DNA from: Candidatus Avidehalobacter gallistercoris
GTDB lineage: Bacteria > Bacillota > Dehalobacteriia > UBA4068 > UBA4997
Assembly (NCBI GenBank): GCA_018715045.1
Contig: DVMH01000027.1
Location: 6,306 to 70,305, forward strand
DNA: 64,000 nt
Direction: 5' to 3'
The notes below the pieces were generated by a model. It was not told where the DNA came from. It did no database searches and saw only the letters and a program-made list of their open reading frames with translations. Shown piece by piece: positions 9,667 through 18,297 of this stretch (its first letter is position 1; every line of letters starts with the position of its first letter). Position numbers and translations under genes: made by a program.

Positions 9667-10707
9667 ATGCACATTCACGGCGGCGACATTTACACTTATC
9701 AGAATATGCTGGATTTTTCGGCCAACATCAACCCTCTTGGCATACCAGAGAGCGTTGTGCGGGCAGCAGCGGCGGGAGCGGCGGCCTCCGCATCCTATCC
9801 CGACCCAAAATGCCGCCGGCTGAAAGCGGCTATAGCGGCGCACGAACAGACGCCGGAGGAGTATGTCGTCTGCGGCAACGGCGCAGCGGATCTGATCTTC
9901 CAGCTGGCGTTGGCTGCAAAACCCAGGCGCGCCCTGCTGCTCGCCCCCGGTTTCCATGAATATGAACAGGCTCTCCGCACTGTAGACTGCCAGGTTGATT
10001 TCTTCTATCTTAAAGAGGAAGACGGCTTCCGGCTGGCCGACGCCTATCTGGAGGCACTCACTCCAGGTCTGGATATCGTGTTTTTGTGCAATCCTAACAA
10101 TCCCACCGGGCTGGCCGTGCCGCGCCCGGCGCTGCTCCGGATATTGGAGAAATGCCGCGACATCGGCGCCCGTCTGGTCATGGATGAGTGCTTCAACGAA
10201 TTCCTGGACGAGCCCGCCGCCTATAGCCTTAAGCCAGAGCTATCCGCTTATCCCAACCTGTTCATTCTGAAAGCGTTCACCAAGATATACGCCATGCCCG
10301 GTTTGCGTCTGGGCTATGGCCTATGCGCTGACCAGGCGCTGCTGGCGGCCCTCGCCGAAGCCGCTCAGCCATGGAGCGTATCTATCCCCGCACAGGAGGC
10401 AGGGCTGGCAGCGCTCACGGAAACCGAATACGTCGCCCGCGCCAAGGCGCTGGTCAAAGACGAGCGGGAACGCCTACAAGACGCCCTGGCAGCGCTGGGC
10501 TGCCGAACCTACGGTTCTATGGCCAACTATATATTCTTCCGCAGCGTGCCGGGATTGGCTGAGGCCTGCCGCGCGCATAACCTGCTGCTGCGGGATTGCA
10601 GCAACTATCAGGGGCTTTGCCCCGGCTATTTTCGTGCGGCAGTGAAGCTGCCGGAGCAAAACAACCAACTGCTGGCCGTTCTGACTGCGGTATTAGCCGA
10701 ATTTTGA
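9667..10707 (+). CDS. cobD: L-threonine-O-3-phosphate decarboxylase (class I/II aminotransferase fold), cobalamin biosynthesis
   Basis: N-terminal HGGDIY...DFSANINPLG signature and PLP-aminotransferase fold. RBS aggagg lies upstream. Confidence 0.8.
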   Translation: MHIHGGDIYTYQNMLDFSANINPLGIPESVVRAAAAGAAASASYPDPKCRRLKAAIAAHEQTPEEYVVCGNGAADLIFQLALAAKPRRALLLAPGFHEYEQALRTVDCQVDFFYLKEEDGFRLADAYLEALTPGLDIVFLCNPNNPTGLAVPRPALLRILEKCRDIGARLVMDECFNEFLDEPAAYSLKPELSAYPNLFILKAFTKIYAMPGLRLGYGLCADQALLAALAEAAQPWSVSIPAQEAGLAALTETEYVARAKALVKDERERLQDALAALGCRTYGSMANYIFFRSVPGLAEACRAHNLLLRDCSNYQGLCPGYFRAAVKLPEQNNQLLAVLTAVLAEF

Positions 10708-10731
10708 CGGCTGATTTGCAGCAAAAACCGA

Positions 10732-10761
10732 TTGACTTTCGCGGATTTTTTATGTTAAAAT
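10732..10761 (+). promoter_or_regulatory. sigma-70 type promoter for the MFS-CBS transporter leader
   Basis: -35 TTGACT at 10732-10737. An 18-nt spacer leads to an extended -10 TGtTAAAAT at 10753-10761. Confidence 0.55.
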
Positions 10762-10973
10762 AGCTCTTGTGCCAAAGGCACCAACAACTTTATAATTACA
10801 GAAAAACAAACGGTAACGACACATGTTTAGCCATGCTAGTAAATCTGATTACGGCACCGTAATACAGAGCATAGGCTGAAGCATGTGCCGTTTTTTGTTT
10901 ACCGGAAAACGAACGCCAGCGCCCAAGCGGCGTTATTTTTTTCTGTAATTAATATCAGAAAGGAGATCTTTTT
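10762..10973 (+). promoter_or_regulatory. long structured 5' leader carrying two intrinsic-terminator-like hairpins; candidate attenuator or riboswitch of unknown class
   Basis: Small hairpin gtgcc-aaa-ggcac at about 10769-10781. A 13-bp stem (10820-10832 pairing with 10874-10887) encloses the ttacggcaccgtaa hairpin and is followed by T6 at 10891-10896. A second hairpin cgcc-caagc-ggcg is followed by T7 at about 10917-10942. A perfect 13-nt long-range inverted repeat aattacagaaaaa (10794-10806) / tttttctgtaatt (10938-10950) brackets the element. RBS aggag precedes the GTG start at 10974. Confidence 0.45.
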
Positions 10974-12842
10974 GTGACTCAGACACAAAACTCGAACAAC
11001 GTATCATCCCGAATCCGCAGGCCAGAACTAATGATTTTCGTGGCCGCCTTTTCCGCCTTTTTGGCCACTTTCAATGAAACGTTCCTGAATGTAGCGTTCA
11101 CGCAGATCATGGACGATCTGAATGTCGGCGTGGCGACAGTGCAGTGGCTTTCCACCGCCTATATGCTGGGAGCGGCGGTTATGGTGCCGATCTCGGCCTT
11201 TTTATACCGCAGCATACCCACCAGGAAACTGTACCTTTTCACTGTCGCCCTGCTGGTAATCGGCAGCGCTGTCTGTGCCTCAGCAGGTAATTTTACTGTT
11301 TTGCTGGCTGGCCGCATTGTGCAGGCCTTCGGCACCGGCATGTTGATCCCGATCGGCATGAACATCACGCTGGAAGTTGCGCCTAAGCGCAAACTGGGAG
11401 CTTATATGGGCTTAATGGGCGCAATGACCACCCTCGGCCCCTCCTCCAGCGTGATTCTGGCAGGTCTGTTCCTGGCGCTGGCCGATTGGCACGCCATGAT
11501 CTGGTTTTTCTTTACGCTGACCGTACTTTGTTTTATCTGCGGCGCACTGATGCTGGACAATATTTCCAGGCTGACCTATCCCAAGCTGGACGCGCTCTCG
11601 GTAATTTACATCAGCATCGCCCTGATCGGCATACTTTACGGCATCTCCACCGTCTTTATGGGTAATCTGAAGCTGGCCGTCGCCGTTATACTGCTGGGCG
11701 CGGTGTTTCTGAGCGCTTTTATACGGCGGCAGAGCCGTCTGGAGCAACCGCTGATCAAGCTGACTCCTCTTGCTATCAAACCCTTTGCGCTGGGCGTATT
11801 GCTGAATATGCTGGCGCTGCTGGTGATTTTCGCCATGAATATCGTCACACCGATGTTTCTGCAGAGCGGTTGGGGAGTCTCTGCGCTGGCGGCCTCGCTG
11901 ACCCTGTTCCCGGCAATTTTGCTTTCCTGCTTTTTCTCGCCGCTGGCCGGGCGCATTTATGACAAACACGGGGCCGCAATCCTGCTGCCGCTGGGCTTCA
12001 TATTGATCGGTCTGGCGGCCGGCGCTATCGGCCTCACCCATTCCACCGGCAACATCTATCTGCTTTCGCTGCTTTATATCCCGGTGATCTGCGGCTCAGC
12101 CCTGATCATCGGCCCGGTGCAGAGTCTGGCATTATCGAATCTCTCGTTTGAGGAAAATCCCCACGGCGTCACCATTATGAGCACCGGCTTTCAGATTGCA
12201 GGCTGCCTCGGCGCGTCGCTGTTTTCCGGCCTTTATTCGCTTTATCCCACAGCGGGAGGCGGCTTCACCGCCAGCTGCCTGCTTGCAGCAGCCACAGGCG
12301 CGCTCGGCCTGCTGCTGGCCCTTCTGGAGAACAAATGGAGCAATCAGCAAGCCGCTTATCACCAGACTGACAGAATGACCGGTATCGCCGCCTTTATGAA
12401 CCGCACGCCTTACAGCGTGAGCAACAGAGCCACTGCCCTGGACGCGTTGCTTTGCATGGCGGAACATAAAACCAGCGGTCTGCCTATCGTCAATGATCAG
12501 ACACAGGTCTGCGGTTTTATCTCCGACGGCGATATTATCCGTTATATGGGCGGTCTGGAAATGGAACCAAACAATTTTTCCCTGCGCTATCCGCTATGGC
12601 AGAGCCTTGACAAGCTGGACGACCGTCTGGCCAAGCTCAGCAGCCTGAAAGTTATGGAATTGGCCACCAAAGAAGCGGTCTGTATTGAGCAAAACGCCAG
12701 CGAACAGGAACTTTTTCACATCTTCGCGGATAAGCGTATCAAAAAAGTGCCGGTTCTCAACCAAGGCCGGTTAAGCGGCATTGTCAGCCGTTCCGACCTG
12801 CTGCGGCAGCTAATAAATCAGGCTATGGCCAGGCAGCAATAA
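10974..12842 (+). CDS. MFS (DHA-type, about 12-14 TM) transporter fused to a C-terminal CBS-domain pair
   Basis: GTG start behind an aggag RBS. The N-terminal roughly 460 aa have an MFS topology. The C-terminal roughly 150 aa carry two CBS motifs: GLPIVNDQTQVCGFISDGDIIRY and VPVLNQGRLSGIVSRSDLLRQL. Confidence 0.8.
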   Translation: MTQTQNSNNVSSRIRRPELMIFVAAFSAFLATFNETFLNVAFTQIMDDLNVGVATVQWLSTAYMLGAAVMVPISAFLYRSIPTRKLYLFTVALLVIGSAVCASAGNFTVLLAGRIVQAFGTGMLIPIGMNITLEVAPKRKLGAYMGLMGAMTTLGPSSSVILAGLFLALADWHAMIWFFFTLTVLCFICGALMLDNISRLTYPKLDALSVIYISIALIGILYGISTVFMGNLKLAVAVILLGAVFLSAFIRRQSRLEQPLIKLTPLAIKPFALGVLLNMLALLVIFAMNIVTPMFLQSGWGVSALAASLTLFPAILLSCFFSPLAGRIYDKHGAAILLPLGFILIGLAAGAIGLTHSTGNIYLLSLLYIPVICGSALIIGPVQSLALSNLSFEENPHGVTIMSTGFQIAGCLGASLFSGLYSLYPTAGGGFTASCLLAAATGALGLLLALLENKWSNQQAAYHQTDRMTGIAAFMNRTPYSVSNRATALDALLCMAEHKTSGLPIVNDQTQVCGFISDGDIIRYMGGLEMEPNNFSLRYPLWQSLDKLDDRLAKLSSLKVMELATKEAVCIEQNASEQELFHIFADKRIKKVPVLNQGRLSGIVSRSDLLRQLINQAMARQQ

Positions 12843-12922
12843 ACACAGTAATCGCCTGCCAAACGCTTGCTCTTTGCACCGCAATCGAGTATAATCAGAA
12901 AAAAGCGAATTGGAGGCAAAAT

Positions 12923-13447
12923 ATGACTGGGCTTATTCACATCTATACCGGTGACGGCAAAGGCAAAACCACCGCAGCCGTAGGGCTGGCCGTGCGCTGC
13001 GCGGGCAGCGGCGCAAACGTCGTGTTCTGCCAGTTTTTGAAAAACAACCAATCATCTGAGCTGAATATCCTGCGGATGATACCGCAAATCACACTGGTGC
13101 AGACTGCGCCTACCCTTGGCTTCTATAAAAGTATGACGGCGGAGCAGCGGACTGAATCTAAGCATATCTGCATCGGCCTGCTGGAAAAGGCGATAACTGC
13201 CGCGCTTACCAACAACGCTCGTTTGCTGGTGTTGGATGAGGTCGTGGCTGCGTATAACCACCAAATGCTTGACCGGGAACGTTTGCTGGCATTTCTGAGA
13301 GAGAAACCGGCGGAACTTGAGATTGTTCTGACCGGGCGTAAGCCCGCGCCGGAGCTTATCGAGCTGGCCGATTATCTTTCGGAAGTAACAAAGCTGAAAC
13401 ATCCGTTTGACCGTGGTATCCCCGCCCGCCGGGGCATCGAAAAATAG
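12923..13447 (+). CDS. cobO: cob(I)yrinic acid a,c-diamide adenosyltransferase (ATP:corrinoid adenosyltransferase)
   Basis: IHIYTGDGKGKTTAAVGLAVR P-loop with BtuR/CobO-type downstream motifs. 174 aa. Confidence 0.85.
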   Translation: MTGLIHIYTGDGKGKTTAAVGLAVRCAGSGANVVFCQFLKNNQSSELNILRMIPQITLVQTAPTLGFYKSMTAEQRTESKHICIGLLEKAITAALTNNARLLVLDEVVAAYNHQMLDRERLLAFLREKPAELEIVLTGRKPAPELIELADYLSEVTKLKHPFDRGIPARRGIEK

Positions 13448-13464
13448 CCTGAAATAAATTTAAC

Positions 13465-13507
13465 AAGGGTTTGGCGCAATTTTTCACTGCCAAGCCCTTG
13501 TCTTTTT
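13465..13507 (+). terminator. rho-independent terminator after cobO
   Basis: 13-bp stem acaagggtttggc / gccaagcccttgt with one G-T wobble, followed by cttttta. Confidence 0.6.
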
Positions 13508-13547
13508 ACGCGAAATAAAGTATAATTTTCTATACTATATAATAAAA

Positions 13548-13820
13548 ACTCTGCGCGGTGCCGCAAGGCATAACAGGGAAACAGGTTCAAATCCTGTACT
13601 GTCCCAGCAACCGTGATACTGACGAACGGGCGCACAGCCACTATTCCGCAGGAATGGGAAGGAGCCCTATTAGGAAGAAGTTAAGTCGGTAGACCTACCG
13701 CAGGCAGTTACTTTCTGGGCAAAAGCATTATGGTCTTACTATGCCGTAATGAAACAGACTGGCAGCGCCGGCGGAAAGTGACCGCGTTCATTCCGTCCGG
13801 CGCTTTTATTTTTGCAATTT
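13548..13820 (+). promoter_or_regulatory. cobalamin (AdoCbl) riboswitch with terminator expression platform, leading the cbiP operon
   Basis: Conserved core gggaaacaggttcaaatcctgtactgtcccagcaaccgtga. B12-box-like gccact segment. Terminator gccggcgg...ccgtccggcgcttttattttt sits just upstream of cbiP. A candidate promoter (-35 TTGTCT 13497-13502, -10 TATAAT 13520-13525) lies upstream. Confidence 0.8.
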
Positions 13821-13834
13821 AACGAGGTGTAAGC

Positions 13835-15319
13835 ATGAAAGGCATTATGATACAGGGCTGCTCCAGCGACGCGGGCAAAAGCTATGTGGCGACAGCGCTG
13901 TGCCGTGTGTTAGCCGATATGGGGCGCAGGGTTTCGCCCTTTAAGAGTCAGAATATGTCCAATAATTCATACGTCACGTGGGACGGCGGTGAGATTGGCC
14001 GGGCGCAGGGCGTGCAGGCCGAGGCCGCGGGCGTTATACCGGAGACATACATGAACCCCATTCTGCTGAAGCCGCAGAAGAACAGCGGTTCGGAAATCGT
14101 GCTGTTCGGACAGGTATATAAGAGTATGCCGGGAAGCGAGTATCACGCGCATTTTACCATGAACGAAGGCATACAGGCCGTGCGAAAGGCGCTTGGCATT
14201 ATCGCAGCCAATTACGACACTATTGTTATCGAAGGCGCGGGCAGTCCCGCCGAGGTGAACCTGAACGCGCATGAGATCGTTAACATGCGCATTGCCAGAG
14301 AAGCCGACGTACCGGTGCTGTTGGTGGCTGACGTCAACCGGGGCGGCAGCTTCGCCTCCATCGTGGGCACTTTGGAGTTGCTGGGCGAGGACAGAAACCG
14401 CGTTAAGGGAATCATCTTCAACCAGTTTCGCGGCGACATCGCCCTGTTCACCGATGGCGCCAAATGGATAGAGGAATACACCGGCGTCAAAGTGGTGGGC
14501 GTTCTGCCTTATTTCACCGATATCAACATTGAGGGCGAGGATTCTTTAAGCATCAATTTTGAGCATACCTCCGGCGCGGCGCGCCCCATTCGTATCGGCG
14601 TGGTAAAGCTACCGTACATATCCAACCACACTGATATGGAAATTTTCCGCTATGAGCCGGACGTTGACGTGCGGCAGGTGGATGAATTCACGGAACTGAC
14701 AGATTTTGACGCCATAATTCTGCCCGGAACCAAAAGCACCATCGCCGATTTGGCATATCTGGAGCAAAGCGGCTTGGCCGATAAAATCCGGCGTTTTCCC
14801 GGTTTCATCTATGGTATCTGCGGTGGTTATCAGATAATGGGGCAGAAGATGCTTGACCCGGACGGCGTTGATTTTAAGCCCGGTTTTCAGGCGGCGGGGC
14901 TGGGGCTGCTCCCACTTGTCACCCGATTTCAGCCGCAGAAGCACGTGCAGCAGCAGCAGGCGCGTGGCCTGCATCCCATGCTGGGCGGTATGACGGCGCT
15001 TGGCTATGAGATACACCTTGGCGAAAGCGAGCTCGTCTCCGATACGGCTCTTCCCCTATGGCAAATAGAGCGGCATACTGACGGCGCGGCCACCCCGGAC
15101 TTGCGCGTGGCCGGGTCATACCTGCACAATGTATTCCATAACGACACATTCCGCAATATCTGGCTGAACCAAATCCGCAAAAGCATTGGTTTAAAGCCGT
15201 TGCCCCCGGTGGATACCGCCGCCATTAAAGAACAGCAATACGCCAAACTGGGCGAATATGCCAGAAAGTATCTGGACATCGACTATATCCTCCGCCTGAT
15301 TGACGGCAAAAATCAGTAA
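13835..15319 (+). CDS. cbiP: cobyric acid synthase
   Basis: 494 aa. N-terminal GCSSDAGKS nucleotide-binding motif and a C-terminal glutamine amidotransferase domain. Confidence 0.9.
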   Translation: MKGIMIQGCSSDAGKSYVATALCRVLADMGRRVSPFKSQNMSNNSYVTWDGGEIGRAQGVQAEAAGVIPETYMNPILLKPQKNSGSEIVLFGQVYKSMPGSEYHAHFTMNEGIQAVRKALGIIAANYDTIVIEGAGSPAEVNLNAHEIVNMRIAREADVPVLLVADVNRGGSFASIVGTLELLGEDRNRVKGIIFNQFRGDIALFTDGAKWIEEYTGVKVVGVLPYFTDINIEGEDSLSINFEHTSGAARPIRIGVVKLPYISNHTDMEIFRYEPDVDVRQVDEFTELTDFDAIILPGTKSTIADLAYLEQSGLADKIRRFPGFIYGICGGYQIMGQKMLDPDGVDFKPGFQAAGLGLLPLVTRFQPQKHVQQQQARGLHPMLGGMTALGYEIHLGESELVSDTALPLWQIERHTDGAATPDLRVAGSYLHNVFHNDTFRNIWLNQIRKSIGLKPLPPVDTAAIKEQQYAKLGEYARKYLDIDYILRLIDGKNQ

Positions 15320-15340
15320 ACAGAAAGGTCGCGCATTTTA

Positions 15341-16297
15341 ATGCCGGTTTATTTTGGCCTGCTTCTGGACGCCCTGCTGGGCGACCCCAAAGGCTTTCCC
15401 CACCCAATAATGCTGGTGGGCAAAATTATCTCCTCATATGAAAATCTGTTCTATAAGCGCACTGATAAACGTACCGGCGGCCTTATGTTTATGCTGGCTG
15501 TCCTTGTTACGGTAGCGGCGCTGGTGCTGGCGCCTTTCGCTCTGTTTGCACGCTGGCCATGGCTGCAAACTGTATTAGGCGTATATCTGCTTTATACGGC
15601 GCTGGCATGGAAAGACCTGAAAGTAGAACCAGGTCTGGCGGTAAAAGCGCTGCAAAAGGGTGATATCGCCCTGGCGCGGCAAAAGCTCTCGCTGGTGGTA
15701 GGACGGGATACGCAAAACCTCACTCCGCCGCAAATTATCAAAGCCGCGGTGGAAACGGTAGCTGAAAACACGATAGACGGCGTATTAGCCCCGTTTTTCT
15801 ATATGTGTCTGGGCTATATATTCTGGGGTCTGCCTGGGGCAGTGCTGCTGGCTTATCTTTATAAGGCCGCCAACACGATGGATTCCATGGTGGGCTATAA
15901 AAACGCCCGCTATTACGATTTCGGTTTCTTCCCGGCGCATTTAGACGACATAGCCAATTTTATCCCGGCGCGCTTGGGAGCGTTGCTTATGCTGCTGGCA
16001 GGGGGGCTTTTGGGCTATGATATAGCCGGCGGCTGGCGGACATGGCTGAAAGATCGGTATGCCCACCAAAGCCCTAACAGCGCCCAATCGGAAAGCGTGA
16101 TGGCTGGACTGCTGGGCATACAGTTGGGAGGACCCAATTATTACGGCGGACAATTGGTGGCCAAACCGTTTATCGGCCAGGCAAAAAAAGCCCCGGAATT
16201 TGATGATTACACAAAAGCCTGCCGCATATTGGATTGCAGCGTTTTGCTGGCGGCATTAATTTACGGATTCTTCTACTTGGGAACAGTGGTATTATAG
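15341..16297 (+). CDS. cbiB: adenosylcobinamide-phosphate synthase
   Basis: Membrane protein starting LLLDALLGDPKGFPHP, the CbiB/CobD family signature. Confidence 0.85.
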   Translation: MPVYFGLLLDALLGDPKGFPHPIMLVGKIISSYENLFYKRTDKRTGGLMFMLAVLVTVAALVLAPFALFARWPWLQTVLGVYLLYTALAWKDLKVEPGLAVKALQKGDIALARQKLSLVVGRDTQNLTPPQIIKAAVETVAENTIDGVLAPFFYMCLGYIFWGLPGAVLLAYLYKAANTMDSMVGYKNARYYDFGFFPAHLDDIANFIPARLGALLMLLAGGLLGYDIAGGWRTWLKDRYAHQSPNSAQSESVMAGLLGIQLGGPNYYGGQLVAKPFIGQAKKAPEFDDYTKACRILDCSVLLAALIYGFFYLGTVVL

Positions 16298-16488
16298 AGA
16301 TATCTTGCAGGGGAATAATAATTGTTCCAGCATAATTTAATGCAATGCAGCGAAACCCATGAAACCGGAACACCTATCAGTTCCTGCGTGGGCGATTAGC
16401 ATTGATAAAATCCCTGCTTTATGCATCAACTATGTGAAAAGTATTATCAACACCCGCCAAGTCGGATACAAGGAGGACGCAAGGATCA

Positions 16489-17117
16489 TGACGGAAATTA
16501 CCATTATTGAACCGGCCAGAATTGAGGCCAGAAGCTTTGAAATTATCACCGAAATTCTGGGTAACAAAACTTTCCCCGCTGAGCAGCAGGGCATTATCAA
16601 GCGTGTTATTCATACCAGCGCCGATTTTGATTATGCCGACAATCTGGTGTTTGGCCATAATGCGGTCAAATCCGGCGTGGCCGCCCTTAAAGCAGGATGC
16701 ACGGTGGTTACCGACACCCGCATGGCGTTTGCGGGGATTAATCAAAAGAATTTGTCCAAACTCGGTGCGGCAAAAGCTTGCTTTATCGACGACCCGCAGG
16801 TAATGGAACAGGCCAAAGCAGGCGGTGTGACACGCGCGGCTATGGCCATGGAGCTTGCCGCAAGAGACGCCAAAAACAGCATTTTCGCCATCGGCAACGC
16901 ACCTACGGCTCTTTTGATGCTGCGCGATTTGATCCTTGCAGGCAAGCTCTCCCCGGCTTTAGTGGTTGGCGTTCCGGTCGGTTTCGTCAACGTAGTGGAA
17001 GCCAAAGAGCTGTTCATGGAGTTGAACGTGCCGTATATTGTGGCCAAAGGACGCAAAGGCGGCAGCAATGTGGCTGCCGCTATCATCAACGCACTGATGT
17101 TGGAAGCTTTGAAATAA
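16489..17117 (+). CDS. cbiC: cobalt-precorrin-8 methylmutase
   Basis: CbiC/CobH family (HTSADFDY motif). Start taken at the internal ATG at 16489, which has a caaggagg RBS. The track ORF begins upstream at 16359. Confidence 0.8.
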
Positions 17118-17142
17118 AGCATTGAATAATTAAGGAAACGAA

Positions 17143-18297
17143 ATGACAGAAATCTTTGAGGAATACGTGGCTTTCGGCAACAAAATGCTGCGCAAAGGCT
17201 ATACCACCGGCACCTGCGCGGCGGCAGCAGCCCAAGCCGCAGCCTGCCTGCTGGTGACGGGTGAAAAACCCGCCCAGGTGGAGGTAGAATTGCCGCAGGG
17301 CAGACACATCACACTGCCGCTGGCGCGCTGCGAGTATACCGCAGAGGGGGCTATGGCTGCCGTTACCAAAGACGGCGGCGACGACCCGGATATCACCAGC
17401 GGCCTCAACATCTGCGCTGAGGTAAGGCTGACAGAGGGCGGCGAAATAACTATCACAGGCGGCTCTGGCGTGGGCAAGGTGACACTGGCGGGCTTAAAGG
17501 TGCCAGTTGGACAGGCTGCCATCAACCCTACCCCTCGCGCTATGATCACTCAGAACCTGCGCCGTGTGCTGCCGGCGGGGCAAGGTGCGACCGTCGTTAT
17601 CTCCGTTCCCGGCGGCACGGAAATTGCCAAGCGCACATTCAACCCACGGCTCGGCATCGTCGGCGGCATATCTATTCTGGGCAGCACCGGCATCGTGAAC
17701 CCAATGTCGGAAGAAGCTCTGAAGCAAAGCCTTAAAGTGGAGCTGAGCGTGCTGCTGCACCGCCTGCCGGAGGACATGCCCATCATTTTCGCTTTCGGCA
17801 ACTATGGTCTGGATTTTCTGGCGTCATGCGGCATAGCGGCAGAAAACGTTCTGAAAATCAGCAACTATCTCGGCTTTATGCTGGACACAGCCAGAGAAAT
17901 GAATGTTAAGCGCCTGCTGCTTTGCGGCCACCTCGGCAAGCTGGTTAAGGTGAGCGGCAGCATTTTCCACACCCACAGCCATGTGGCTGACGCGCGGCTG
18001 GAAATTCTGACGGCTTACGCAGCTCTTGCCGGTGGCGATGCGCAGCTTCTGCGCCGCATTTACGCTGCCAAAACAACCAGCGCAGCGGCAGCGGAAATTG
18101 ACGCGGCAGGGCTCGCCGGCGTTTACCGTATGGTGACGGAAAACGCCGCCCGGCGGTCGGAAACTTACACATACAACGAAATAACGGTGGGCGCCATGCT
18201 GTTCGGCGACGCGAACCGCCTGCTTTATATGGAAGAGAAAGCCAGGCAAATGCTTACCGAAATCAAGCAAAAAAGCAGAAAGGCGGATGATCTATGA
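17143..18297 (+). CDS. cbiD: cobalt-precorrin-5B C1-methyltransferase
   Basis: N-terminal LRKGYTTGTCAAAAAQAA is the CbiD signature. Confidence 0.85.
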   Translation: MTEIFEEYVAFGNKMLRKGYTTGTCAAAAAQAAACLLVTGEKPAQVEVELPQGRHITLPLARCEYTAEGAMAAVTKDGGDDPDITSGLNICAEVRLTEGGEITITGGSGVGKVTLAGLKVPVGQAAINPTPRAMITQNLRRVLPAGQGATVVISVPGGTEIAKRTFNPRLGIVGGISILGSTGIVNPMSEEALKQSLKVELSVLLHRLPEDMPIIFAFGNYGLDFLASCGIAAENVLKISNYLGFMLDTAREMNVKRLLLCGHLGKLVKVSGSIFHTHSHVADARLEILTAYAALAGGDAQLLRRIYAAKTTSAAAAEIDAAGLAGVYRMVTENAARRSETYTYNEITVGAMLFGDANRLLYMEEKARQMLTEIKQKSRKADDL

